Source of the DNA: Candidatus Latescibacterota bacterium
GTDB taxonomy: Bacteria > Latescibacterota > UBA2968 > UBA8231
DNA length: 64,000 bases
Assembly (NCBI GenBank): GCA_965215195.1
Contig: CBDCDC010000001.1
Coordinates: 32,001-96,000 of the forward strand
Reading direction: 5' to 3'
The notes beneath the pieces are model-generated. The model saw only the letters and a program-made list of their open reading frames with translations. It made no database searches and was not told the origin of the DNA. Below are positions 27,682 to 37,292 of this stretch, piece by piece; within the stretch, counting starts at the first letter, position 1; the number at the start of each line of letters is the position of its first letter. The position numbers were made by a program, and so were the translations under genes.

Positions 27682-29969
27682 AGGGCCCGTACTTTCGCCA
27701 TTTCGGTTTGCATATTGACCAGTCGGCGATAGACGCCGTCCTCCATATTGAGTAACTCTTCGTGGGTGCCGACCTCGGCGATGCGCCCTCTTTCCAACAC
27801 CAGCAGTCGGTCGGCGTTTTTGAGAGTCGAGAGCCGGTGGGCGATGGCAAAGGTGGTGCGGCCGGCAACCAGCCGCTCGAGCGCTTCTTGGATCTCGAAT
27901 TCGGTTTGGGTATCGACCGAGGCGGTGGCCTCGTCGAGGATGAGAATGCGCGGGTTGCCGATCAGGGCGCGGGCAATGGAAATGCGCTGGCGCTCGCCGC
28001 CGGAGAGCCGACCGCCGCGCTCGCCGACTTGGGTGTCGTAGCCATCGGGAAAATTCATGATGAACTTGTGGGCGTTGGCCGCGCGGGCCGCCTCGATAAC
28101 CTCTTGGCGCGTCGCGTTGGGATGGCCGTAGGCGATATTGCTGGCGATGGAGCCTTGGAAGAGCAGGGGCTCCTGCAAGACCACGCCGATTTGGTTGCGC
28201 AGGGCCTGCTGTTTGAGCCGGGTAATGGGCTGGCCGTCGATGCGGACTTGGCCGTCGGTGGCGTCGTAGAACCGCGAGATGAGGTTGACCAAGGTCGACT
28301 TGCCAGCGCCGCTGGGGCCGACGATGCCGATCATCTCGCCGGGCGCGGCCTTAAAGTGGATGCGGTCGAGAATGCGCGCCGAGCCGTCGTACGTGAAGCT
28401 GACGTTGCGGAACTCTACTTCGCCTTCGAGCGGGCCGGGGTCCATGGCGTTGGGGTCGTCTTGGACTTCGGGCTCGGTGTCGATGATTTCAAAGACGCGC
28501 TCGGCCGTTGTCGCTGCGCTTTCTAGCTGCTCGGTGAGGTTGCACAGCGAGCGCACCGGCGCGTAGAACATGACCATGTACGAGATAAAAGCCTGCAAAT
28601 CGCCCAAGGTCAGGGCGTTACTGAGCACCCGGTTGCCGCCGAACCACCACAGGATGATCGAGCCGACTGAGGTGATAAAGGAAATCGTCGGAATGTAATA
28701 GGAGCGCATCTTGAAGGCGGTCATCCGCGATTCGCGCAGATCGACGTTGCGCTCGTTGAAGCGTTCGAGCTCGCGGTCTTCTTGGGCAAAGGCTTTGACG
28801 ACCTTGACGCCGGGGATGGAGTCGGCGAGCATGGCGTTGAGGGTGGCAATGCGACGCCATATTCGGTGGAAAATCCAGTGGATGCGGTTGCGGTAGATAA
28901 TGGTGCCGATGATCATGAAGGGGATTGGCAGCAGCGACAAAAGCGCCAATTCCCAATTCATTATAAAGAGCATCGTGCAGATGCCGACGATGGTCAGCCC
29001 GTCGATGACGATGTCTTGGAATCCCGAGGTGATAAAGCTGCGCATGCGCTCGGTGTCGCTGGTAACGCGGGTCATGATCCGACCGGTGCTGAGCTTGTTG
29101 TAGAACGTCAGCGACAGCAATTGCAAATGTTGGAAAATTTGCATCTGCAAATCGTACACGATGCGCTGGCCGAGCCAACCTAGGGCGTACATGCGCACAC
29201 CGCTGATGATGCCGCGGCCGATGTAGATACCGAGCAGGCCGAGCACGACCCACAGCAGGAATTGGACGCTCGCGGCGGGGGGCGTGGTCGCCTCGCCCTC
29301 AGCGATGCGTGCGGCCTCGTATTTGACGAGGACCGGGATGATGACATCGTCGATGAGGATGCGGTTGAGCTGGGGCGGCAGCAGGCCAATGGCCGTCAGT
29401 ACAATCGTCAGCGTGAACCCGAGCAGTGCTTGGCTTTTGTAGGGCTTGATATAGGAAAACAATCGCCAGAAGGTCTCGGTCTGGCGCAGGCAGTTGGGGC
29501 AGACTTTAGAGCCGGAGCGGAGCGCTCGTCCGCAGGTGGGGCAATGTTCTACTACTTTGACCGGATCGACATGTAGCACCCCGTCCTCTTCTGCGTCTTC
29601 TTCCTCGACCAAGCCAGCGCCCTCAATGGCTTGGGGCACTCCGGAGAATTTGTAGTACGCACTCTGCGAAAAGCGCAGCAGCTCGACGGTTTCATCCTCT
29701 AGCTCGACGACGAGTGCGCCGCTACCCACGTAGTTGCGGGTCTGTATGCCTTGCACTTCGTCCAAGCCGAGGCGCACGGTCTCGGGCTTATCTGAGCCAT
29801 TGGGGTGAAAGACGAGCATCCGCTCGTCGGTAAGCGCAAACCAAGAGTCGCCGTACTGCCCATCGGGGCGAATGTCGGCGGCGAGGAGGACGATGAGCAG
29901 CTCGCCGGGTTGCAATTCGCCGCGGATGTGGGGCAATAGGCGTTCGGGTATAGGTTCGACTAGATCCAA
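27678..29969 (-). CDS. ABC exporter, fused permease/ATPase with extra N-terminal PH-like and zinc-ribbon domains
   Basis: TM domain, GPSGAGKST, LSGGERQR, ILDEATAS, IAHRLST; N-terminal CPTC..CPNC; TTG start. Confidence 0.92.
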   Translation of the reverse strand: MDLVEPIPERLLPHIRGELQPGELLIVLLAADIRPDGQYGDSWFALTDERMLVFHPNGSDKPETVRLGLDEVQGIQTRNYVGSGALVVELEDETVELLRFSQSAYYKFSGVPQAIEGAGLVEEEDAEEDGVLHVDPVKVVEHCPTCGRALRSGSKVCPNCLRQTETFWRLFSYIKPYKSQALLGFTLTIVLTAIGLLPPQLNRILIDDVIIPVLVKYEAARIAEGEATTPPAASVQFLLWVVLGLLGIYIGRGIISGVRMYALGWLGQRIVYDLQMQIFQHLQLLSLTFYNKLSTGRIMTRVTSDTERMRSFITSGFQDIVIDGLTIVGICTMLFIMNWELALLSLLPIPFMIIGTIIYRNRIHWIFHRIWRRIATLNAMLADSIPGVKVVKAFAQEDRELERFNERNVDLRESRMTAFKMRSYYIPTISFITSVGSIILWWFGGNRVLSNALTLGDLQAFISYMVMFYAPVRSLCNLTEQLESAATTAERVFEIIDTEPEVQDDPNAMDPGPLEGEVEFRNVSFTYDGSARILDRIHFKAAPGEMIGIVGPSGAGKSTLVNLISRFYDATDGQVRIDGQPITRLKQQALRNQIGVVLQEPLLFQGSIASNIAYGHPNATRQEVIEAARAANAHKFIMNFPDGYDTQVGERGGRLSGGERQRISIARALIGNPRILILDEATASVDTQTEFEIQEALERLVAGRTTFAIAHRLSTLKNADRLLVLERGRIAEVGTHEELLNMEDGVYRRLVNMQTEMAKVRAL

Positions 29970-30176
29970 AACGGCCCTATCCTATTGTTTAATGCGATTT
30001 GTATTGGGGAGGAATGAGGTTCCAAGGTGGGGCGGAGGCTATGTGGGCTTCACTATTAAAAGCTAAGGGTTTTTAGTAAAAGGGCAAACTCGGTGCGGCC
30101 CAAGCGAATTTGCCCAGTGGTTGTTTAATGGTTGTATTGAGACCGCACGGCAAAGCAAACGAGAAAGAGGAAGGCT

Positions 30177-31181
30177 ATGACTATTAGCCAAGAGGAACTG
30201 AAAGGGCGGTTGGCCCAATTGCCGCGGTTGCAGCTAGCGGCCTTGCCCACGCCCTTGGAAGCACTAAAGCGTCTCAGCGCCCACCTAGCCGGTCCGCAGA
30301 TTTGGGTCAAGCGCGACGATTTGACCGGCTTGGCCTTTGGCGGCAACAAGATCCGCGAGTTTGAATACCAGATCGCCCAAGCCGTAGAGCAGGGCTGCGA
30401 CGTGTTGGTACACTCGGCTGCTGCCCAGTCGAATCAGTCGCGGCAGACGGCCGCAGTGGCCGCAAAATTGGGGCTGTCTGCGGTAGTCGTCGGCCGCGAC
30501 GACGCCCACGCCCAGACCCAGGGAAACCTGCTGTTGACCCGTCTCTTTGGCGCGGAGGTGGACCTGCCAGCACCCGAGGAGCAGGCGCGGACTGTGGCCG
30601 CGAAAATGGCCGGGCTGACTGCGGCCGGCCACCGTCCCTTCCACACCAGCTCGGACGCGCGCATCTTCCGCAGTGTAGCGTACGTTGATGGGGCGCTAGA
30701 GCTTTTGGCCCAATGCGAAGAACAGGGCGTTGAGCCAGCGGCCATCTATCTGTGCTCTGGAGCTCATACCCACGTGGGTCTAGTGGTGGCGTTCAAGGCG
30801 CTGGGCATCAATATGCGGGTGGTGGGCATTAGCCCCTCGCCACGCGACGACCAGCAGGCGGCAAAGGGGCATCTCGCGCTGGGGCGGGAATGCGCCGAGC
30901 TCTTGGGGCTAGACCTCTCGCTGAAGGCGGAGGATTTCGAGAGCTACGCCGCATTTGTCGGCCCGGATTACGGGGTGGTCACTCCCGAGAGCCGCCAAGC
31001 CCTGCACTTGGTGGCCCAGCAAGAAGGGCTGTTGCTCGATCCGTCCTATACGAGCAAGGCCATGGCCGGGCTTTTGGCGCACGTCCGCGCCGGTTGGTGG
31101 CGTCCCGATCAGAGCCTTATCTTTCTCCACACTGGCGGCACCCCCGCGCTTTTTGCTTACGCCAAAGACTTGGGCTACTAA
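30177..31181 (+). CDS. PLP-dependent D-cysteine desulfhydrase family protein
   Basis: PTPL, KRDDLTGLAFGGNKIR, QSN; LLDPSYTSK and HTGG rather than the YEGK/HLGG of ACC deaminases. Confidence 0.85.
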   Translation: MTISQEELKGRLAQLPRLQLAALPTPLEALKRLSAHLAGPQIWVKRDDLTGLAFGGNKIREFEYQIAQAVEQGCDVLVHSAAAQSNQSRQTAAVAAKLGLSAVVVGRDDAHAQTQGNLLLTRLFGAEVDLPAPEEQARTVAAKMAGLTAAGHRPFHTSSDARIFRSVAYVDGALELLAQCEEQGVEPAAIYLCSGAHTHVGLVVAFKALGINMRVVGISPSPRDDQQAAKGHLALGRECAELLGLDLSLKAEDFESYAAFVGPDYGVVTPESRQALHLVAQQEGLLLDPSYTSKAMAGLLAHVRAGWWRPDQSLIFLHTGGTPALFAYAKDLGY

Positions 31182-32668
31182 TGCAACTTCCCACACCCGA
31201 CCCCACCCGCTTCAAGCGGCGCAAAGCCCTCATCGGCCGCCTGCGCGAGCACTTGCGCACCGACCAGATCATTCACCGCCGCGAGGACGTAGTCGCCTAT
31301 GAATGCGATGGCCTGTCAGCGTATCGCCAGCGGCCCATGCTGGTCGCCTTACCGGATAGCACCGAGCAGGTCGCGGCCGTGCTCCGGTCGTGCTCCCAAC
31401 TCGACATTCCCATCGTCCCTTGGGGTGCCGGCACCGGGCTTTCGGGCGGTGCCCTGCCGCGGGAAGATGGAGTGGTATTGAGCACGGCGCGGATGCGAGC
31501 GGTCCTCGACATCGACTTGCAAAACCGCACAGTGACCGTGCAGCCAGGCGTGACCAACCGAGGCGTGACTGAAGCGGTGGAGCGGAGCGGCTTCTACTAC
31601 GCGCCCGACCCTTCGAGCCAGATCGCTTGCTCGATCGGCGGCAACATCGCCGAGAATTCAGGCGGCGTACACTGCCTCAAGTACGGGACGACGACCAACA
31701 ACCTCCTCGGCTTAGAGGTGGTGTTGGCCGATGGCGAGATCGTGCGGGTCGGCGGCAAGGGCATGGACCAAGCGGGCTACGATTTGCTCGGGCTGCTGAC
31801 AGGGTCAGAAGGGCTGTTGGCCATTACCACGGAGGCCACGCTGCGCATCTTGCCCAAGCCGGAAGTGGCGCAGGCCGTGATGGCCGTGTACGATTCGGTC
31901 GCCGCGGCCGGGCAGGCCGTGGCCGAGATCATTGCCGCGGGCATGGTGCCGGCCGGCATGGAAATCATGGATCAGCTATCTGTTGAAGCGGTTGAGGGCT
32001 TTGTCGGCGCGGGCTATCCGCTTGGGGTCGCGGCACTCTTGCTGGTCGAATTGGACGGGCCGCAAAGCGAGGTTGAGTGCCACAGCCGTGCGCTGGAATC
32101 GCTCTTGCGGCAGACCGGCGCGACCGCGCTCTCCCGTGCCACCACCGAGGCCGAGCGGCAAAAGCTGTGGGCCGGCCGCAAAGCGGCCTTTCCGGCGATG
32201 GGCCGGATTAGTCCCGACTACTACTGCATGGACGGGACCATCCCGCGGGGGGCGCTGCCCCAGGTGCTAGAGAGAATCCGGGAGCTGTCGGCCGCCTATG
32301 GCCTGCGGGTGGCCAACGTCTTCCACGCCGGCGATGGCAACCTGCACCCGCTCGTGCTGTACGACGGCAATGTCGAAGGCGATCTGGAGAAGGCCGAGTC
32401 GTTGGGGGCCGAGATCTTGAAGCTCTGCGTGGAGGTGGGAGGCGTGTTGAGCGGGGAGCACGGGATTGGCATTGAGAAGCGAGATTTAATGCCGTGCATG
32501 TTCAAGGACGCGGATTTGGACGCCCAAGAGCGAGTCAAAGCCGAGTTTGACCCGCAGCAAGTATTGAATCCGGGCAAGGTGTTTCCCACCTTGCGGCGGT
32601 GCGCTGAGGGCGGGGCCATGCACGTGCATGGAGGCGAGGAAAAGTTCCCGGAGTTGGAGCGGTTTTAA
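31181..32668 (+). CDS. glcD: FAD-linked 2-hydroxyacid oxidase, glycolate oxidase subunit GlcD-like
   Basis: YECDGLSAYRQ, GAGTGLSGG, PDPSSQIACSIGGN, HAGDGNLHP, GEHGIG; ATG overlaps the previous TAA. Confidence 0.88.
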   Translation: MQLPTPDPTRFKRRKALIGRLREHLRTDQIIHRREDVVAYECDGLSAYRQRPMLVALPDSTEQVAAVLRSCSQLDIPIVPWGAGTGLSGGALPREDGVVLSTARMRAVLDIDLQNRTVTVQPGVTNRGVTEAVERSGFYYAPDPSSQIACSIGGNIAENSGGVHCLKYGTTTNNLLGLEVVLADGEIVRVGGKGMDQAGYDLLGLLTGSEGLLAITTEATLRILPKPEVAQAVMAVYDSVAAAGQAVAEIIAAGMVPAGMEIMDQLSVEAVEGFVGAGYPLGVAALLLVELDGPQSEVECHSRALESLLRQTGATALSRATTEAERQKLWAGRKAAFPAMGRISPDYYCMDGTIPRGALPQVLERIRELSAAYGLRVANVFHAGDGNLHPLVLYDGNVEGDLEKAESLGAEILKLCVEVGGVLSGEHGIGIEKRDLMPCMFKDADLDAQERVKAEFDPQQVLNPGKVFPTLRRCAEGGAMHVHGGEEKFPELERF

Positions 32669-32761
32669 GGCGGTGCGCTCGCCGCCAGTTGCAACCGCAC
32701 AATCACGCACGTAGGGGCCCGCGCCCATTGCAGAAGCGAAATCATGCTGAGGAGGCGATTC

Positions 32762-33490
32762 ATGGCTACGGCCTTTGCCCTAGTGGGCGACCGCTATCAC
32801 ACGTCTGATTACATCCGCACGGCTTTGGGCCGCACCTTGGTCCAAGGCATGGGATTGTCCGTTGACTTTACCGACGAGATCACCCTGCTCAACGCCCAAC
32901 ATCTGTCGAGCTACCGGCTGCTGATCGTCTTCCGCGACGGCATGATCTGGCCGAATGGCTACGGCCTAGAGGCTGCGCCCGTCAGCGAGCCGCCCGTCGA
33001 GGCCGCGGAATCCCGTCCCGTGCAGTGGATTACCGAGGCCCAAGGACGCGCCGTGCGGGGCTTTGTGGAGGCGGGCGGAGCGGCTCTTTTCTACCACAAT
33101 TCCACGTACATCGCCCCGGGCAGCCGCGACTTCCGCCACGTGCTAGGCGCCGCTACGCAAGGGCACCCACCGGTGCGTCCATACCGCGTTCACATCACGC
33201 GCACAGACCACCCCATAACGTGCGGCGTGGAGGACTTTGTCGTCGAAGACGAGCAGCACTTCATGCAGTACGACAAGGACCCAACCCATGTCTTGGCCGT
33301 CAGTGTCAACGACGACGGACACGCTTGGCAGGACTTGGGCACCACGTGCGAGGCGGCTTGGGCTTACGATTATGGCGCGGGCCGAGTGTGTTATTTATCG
33401 CCGGGGCACACTATCCCCGCGCTGTGGAACCCGGCCTACGAGAAGTTGCAGCAAAACGCCGTGCGCTGGCTGCTGCGCGACGCCTGCTAG
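32762..33490 (+). CDS. ThuA-like (class I glutamine amidotransferase-like) domain protein
   Basis: FVEAGG, HPP, DHPITCGV.DF...DEQH, YGAGRVCYLSPGH; GAGGAGG RBS. Confidence 0.8.
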   Translation: MATAFALVGDRYHTSDYIRTALGRTLVQGMGLSVDFTDEITLLNAQHLSSYRLLIVFRDGMIWPNGYGLEAAPVSEPPVEAAESRPVQWITEAQGRAVRGFVEAGGAALFYHNSTYIAPGSRDFRHVLGAATQGHPPVRPYRVHITRTDHPITCGVEDFVVEDEQHFMQYDKDPTHVLAVSVNDDGHAWQDLGTTCEAAWAYDYGAGRVCYLSPGHTIPALWNPAYEKLQQNAVRWLLRDAC

Positions 33491-33684
33491 GCAAGGCGCG
33501 TAAGCAACCCATCGGTGTGTGCTTTCCGACACAGTGTGCGCCCCCGCAAGCCACCTCTACCAGACTATCAGTGCTGGCATGTATATTGCTTATACGACGG
33601 GCCCGGCACCATGCAGCAACCTACATACCGGGCCTCGGTGCCAAGCCCCCCACTTTGTTGTTCCCCAACGAAGGAGAACCACCC

Positions 33685-34047
33685 ATGCAGCAACCCCCCG
33701 AAGTCAACTCCGATCCCGTGCAAGTGGAGTTGTCCAAGCGGTTAGACAGCTTTGAGCGTCGCCTTGACCGCATGGAGACCAACCAGCGCGAGGACAACGC
33801 CCAATTGCAGCAGGACAACGCCCAACTGCGGCAGGATATGCGGCAGGACAACGCCCAATTGCGGCAGGACAATGTCCAACTACGGCAGGATATGCAGCAG
33901 GACAACGCTCAATTGCGGCAAGATATGCGGCAGGACAACGCCGAGATTCACCGCCGCTTAGACGTGCTCAACGGCCGCATCTATTGGGTTATTGGAACGC
34001 AAATCGCGCTTATGGGCCTTTTGTTCGCCGCCCTGAAGCTGACCTAA
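33685..34047 (+). CDS. small coiled-coil repeat protein with C-terminal membrane anchor (DUF1640/Bdr-like architecture)
   Basis: AAGGAG RBS; QDNAQLR/QDMR repeats; C-terminal IYWVIGTQIALMGLLFAALKL TM helix. Confidence 0.8.
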   Translation: MQQPPEVNSDPVQVELSKRLDSFERRLDRMETNQREDNAQLQQDNAQLRQDMRQDNAQLRQDNVQLRQDMQQDNAQLRQDMRQDNAEIHRRLDVLNGRIYWVIGTQIALMGLLFAALKLT

Positions 34048-34084
34048 GTAAGTACGGCTCCCACCAGCGCGGCGGTTTGCGGAA

Positions 34085-36259
34085 TCAATCGCTCGGCCGT
34101 GTCGGTTCTAGCGGGACGGCTTGCCCTGCTTCCAACACCGCGCCGACCTCGCCGCACAGGCGCTCTTTGAGGGTGGTGTAACGCTGGGCGACCTTGTCGT
34201 TTGCAATGGCCAGCTTGAGGGCCTTGGGGGTGCCGACGATGACGATCATTTGCTTGGCGCGGGTAATGGCCGTGTAGAGTAGGTTGCGCTGGAGCATCAC
34301 GTAGTGCTGAGTCGTCAGCGGCAGCACCACCACGGGAAATTCCGACCCCTGAGAGCGGTGGATGCTGATGGCGTAGGCGAGGGTTAGCTGGTCGAGATCG
34401 ACTTGATCGTATTCCAAGGTGTAGTCAAAGCGCACGTAGAGCACCTGCTTTTCCGCGTCGAGCCGCTCAATTGTGCCGATGTCGCCGTTAAAAACGCCCT
34501 TGTCGTAGTTGTTTTTGACCTGCATGACCTTGTCGCCCACCCGGAACTCGGCCCCGCGATGGCGGAGTGCTTGGCCGTGCGGGTTGAGGCGCTGTTGCAG
34601 CCGCTGGTTGAGGTTGAGTGCGCCGGTCTCGCCGCGGTACATGGGCGAAAGCACTTGGATGTCGGCGCGTCGATCCCACTCTCGATAGCTGGGCAGCCGC
34701 GTGGCGCACAACTCCTCCACTAGCTCGACCACTCGCTCCGGGTCCCCCTCGCGGATAAAGTAGAAATCCGCGGCCGCATGGTTTTCGACAACGGGCATTT
34801 CGCCGCTGTTGATGCGGTGCGCGTTGCGGATGATGTGGCTTTTTTGAGCTTGGCGAAAAATCTGCGTCAGGCGCACCACCGGCACTTGGGCAGAGTCGAT
34901 GATGTCGCGGAGCACGTTGCCCGGCCCCACCGAGGGCAACTGGTCGATGTCACCGACTAGCACCAGCCGAGCGCGATCGGGCAGGGCGCGCAGGAGCGCG
35001 TTCATCAGCACCACGTCGATCATGGAAGCCTCATCGACGATCAGTGCGTCGAGTTCGAGGCGGTCGTCATAGCCCTTTTTGAATTGCCGCTCGCCCGGCT
35101 GAAATCCGAGCAGCCGATGAATGGTCTTGGCCTCGCGGCCGCTGGCCTCGCTCAGCCGCTTGGCGGCGCGGCCCGTAGGCGAGCACAGCGCGACCTTGAG
35201 GCCGCCTTCCTCCAACAGGCGCAAGATGCGCCGCGTAACGGTCGTCTTGCCGGTGCCCGGTCCGCCGGTCAGCACTAGCACCTTGCTCGTAGCGACCAAC
35301 TCCACGGCCTGTTCTTGCGCCGGGGCCAATTCCAGCCCGTCTTCAGCTTCTGCGGGCACGGCCAATTCTGCGGCCGATGCTTGCAAAAGCCGCTTTAGCG
35401 ACGATGCGGCACCCACTTCGGAGCGATGGAGCGGCGGTAAGTAGTAGTGCAGGTCTTCGGTGACTACGCCATCGCTGGCGCGCAGGGCCTCCAATGCCGG
35501 CGGCAGCAGCTCGGCGTTGATGTCCAAAATTTCGACCGCCCGCTCCATCATTTCGACCGCCGGCAGGTACACGTGCCCCTCGTTGGCCGCTTCGGAGAGC
35601 AGATAGCGGATGCCAGCCTGCACACGCTCGGGTGCATCGTGGCTCAGGCCCAAGCGCTGGGCAATGCGGTCGGCGATGCGGAAGCCGATCCCATCCACAT
35701 CGCGCTCTAGGCGATAGGGATCGCTGCGCACCTTTTGGATGGCCTCTTGGCCGTAGGTCTTGAAAATTTTTACTGCGTAGCCAGTGGTAATCCCGTGCGA
35801 CTGCAAAAAGACCATCACGTCCTTGATTTGCCGCTGCTCGTCCCAAGCCTCGGCAATGAGCTCGACCTTCTTCTTGCCCAGCTTGGGTACTTCCGCTAGC
35901 CGTTGGGGATCCGCGTCGATGACGTCGAGCGTTTCCTCGCCAAAGTGCTCGACGATGCGCTTGGCCGACCTCGGCCCGATGCCTTTGATCAAACCAGATC
36001 CGAGGTACTTTTGCATGCCTTCGAGGGTCGAGGGATAAACGGCCTTATAGCGCTCCACTTTGAGCTGTTTGCCGTATTTGGGATGATTGGTCCACACGCC
36101 TTCTACTTCGATGCTCTCGCCCTCTTGGATGGAGGCAATCGCCCCCACAATTGCGATTCGCTCCCGCTGGCCCTCTACTACTAAGCGCGCAATGGTATAG
36201 CCGTTTTCCGGGTTGTGGTAGGTCAGGCGATCTATAAAGCCTTTATACGATTGGTTCAT
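34085..36259 (-). CDS. recD2: ATP-dependent RecD2-like DNA helicase
   Basis: HPKYGKQ, YLGSGLIKGIG, HhH motifs, GGPGTGKTT, TIHRLL, VDEASM, QLPSVGPG, HRSQGSE, YTAITRA. Confidence 0.95.
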   Translation of the reverse strand: MNQSYKGFIDRLTYHNPENGYTIARLVVEGQRERIAIVGAIASIQEGESIEVEGVWTNHPKYGKQLKVERYKAVYPSTLEGMQKYLGSGLIKGIGPRSAKRIVEHFGEETLDVIDADPQRLAEVPKLGKKKVELIAEAWDEQRQIKDVMVFLQSHGITTGYAVKIFKTYGQEAIQKVRSDPYRLERDVDGIGFRIADRIAQRLGLSHDAPERVQAGIRYLLSEAANEGHVYLPAVEMMERAVEILDINAELLPPALEALRASDGVVTEDLHYYLPPLHRSEVGAASSLKRLLQASAAELAVPAEAEDGLELAPAQEQAVELVATSKVLVLTGGPGTGKTTVTRRILRLLEEGGLKVALCSPTGRAAKRLSEASGREAKTIHRLLGFQPGERQFKKGYDDRLELDALIVDEASMIDVVLMNALLRALPDRARLVLVGDIDQLPSVGPGNVLRDIIDSAQVPVVRLTQIFRQAQKSHIIRNAHRINSGEMPVVENHAAADFYFIREGDPERVVELVEELCATRLPSYREWDRRADIQVLSPMYRGETGALNLNQRLQQRLNPHGQALRHRGAEFRVGDKVMQVKNNYDKGVFNGDIGTIERLDAEKQVLYVRFDYTLEYDQVDLDQLTLAYAISIHRSQGSEFPVVVLPLTTQHYVMLQRNLLYTAITRAKQMIVIVGTPKALKLAIANDKVAQRYTTLKERLCGEVGAVLEAGQAVPLEPTRPSD

Positions 36260-36879
36260 AACAATCCAGATGCCCGGTACAATAACGCCGTACTCCCCGC
36301 GCCCAACGCGCCACCCGCGCCGAGCTGAAGCGGAGTATGGGCCCGCAAGTAAAGCCGCGCCCAAGCGACGGCTGGCCAACTCAGCAAGAAGGGCCACGCT
36401 GCGCTGCCGACGCTGATCAACAATATGTAGGTCGCTCCCCCGACGCCAGCCGCGTGAATGCTGATCTTATAAGAGCGATTGATCCACCAGACCAACAGCG
36501 TATTGACGACGCAAGACGCGGCCGCGACCAGCATCAGGGGCGGAGCACCGATCCCGTAGAGGGCCGCACTCCCCAAAGCGTAGCAAAGAGCACCCAGCAA
36601 GAGCAGGGTAGCGCGCTTGTTGCGGTCGTCTGTATAGGCTTGGTCGAGATAGCCCGAGCGCACCAAGTGCCAGAGTAGCAACCCGGGTACCACAGAGAAG
36701 GTGCCGATCGCCACTGCGCCGGCGAGCCAGTCGCCCAGTACGCGTGCTTGGACGCCGAAGACCAAGAGTGCCAACAGCGCGGGATTGAGCAAGTGCGAGA
36801 GGAAGTGTGCGGCTTGGTGCGGATGCAGACGAAAACAGGGACGAGCTAATTGCTCGCCCCTGTTTGTTTTTTTTGCCAT
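36256..36879 (-). CDS. PAP2-superfamily-like integral membrane protein
   Basis: About 6 TM helices, KISIH and WARLYLRAHTPLQ C-terminal PAP2-like motif; start MAKKTN. Confidence 0.65.
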   Translation of the reverse strand: MAKKTNRGEQLARPCFRLHPHQAAHFLSHLLNPALLALLVFGVQARVLGDWLAGAVAIGTFSVVPGLLLWHLVRSGYLDQAYTDDRNKRATLLLLGALCYALGSAALYGIGAPPLMLVAAASCVVNTLLVWWINRSYKISIHAAGVGGATYILLISVGSAAWPFLLSWPAVAWARLYLRAHTPLQLGAGGALGAGSTALLYRASGLL

Positions 36880-37292
36880 TTTTTTCCGCTGGCCGCGCCG
36901 CGATCGGGCGGCCTCTCGTCGTCTAGCACAAAGCCGATGAAGCGCTTCTGCCCAAGGGTCTTCAAGTATTGGAGCAGGGAGACCTCGGCCTCCTTGCGGT
37001 TGAGCTGGTACTTTTCGCTGAGCAATTCGATCATCTTGCCGACCGAGTTGCGGCCGTTGCACATCCGCCAGACCTCGCTGCCGACCTCGTCGAGGGTGAT
37101 TTTGCGCTGCTTGGGGATGTAGAAAAACTTGGACAGCAGCCGCACCTTCCAGGTCTCTTGGCGCTTTATTAAGACCCGCACCTCGTCGTTGTCGCTGAGC
37201 TCCCAGCTCAGGGACTCATTGCGCGTTGGCCGCGACGCCAACATGGCGGCCCGGCTCAGCTTGGGTGCCTTGTTTTTTGATAAAATGCCCAT
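36846..37292 (-). CDS. PqqD family / RiPP recognition element protein
   Basis: RKITLDEVGSEVWRMCNGRNSVGKMIELLSEKYQL...LLQYLKTLGQKRFI is a typical PqqD winged-helix pattern. Confidence 0.85.
   Translation of the reverse strand: MGILSKNKAPKLSRAAMLASRPTRNESLSWELSDNDEVRVLIKRQETWKVRLLSKFFYIPKQRKITLDEVGSEVWRMCNGRNSVGKMIELLSEKYQLNRKEAEVSLLQYLKTLGQKRFIGFVLDDERPPDRGAASGKKWQKKQTGASN

Noticed and set aside
30890-31180. 592-aa version of glcD
   Set aside because: Extension overlaps the desulfhydrase gene; ATG at 31181 is coupled to its stop.
30177-31181. ACC deaminase call
   Set aside because: Has YTSK/HTGG rather than the Glu/Leu residues diagnostic of true ACC deaminases.
33025-33684. 340-aa version of the coiled-coil protein
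   Set aside because: Overlaps the ThuA-like gene; AAGGAG RBS supports the start at 33685.
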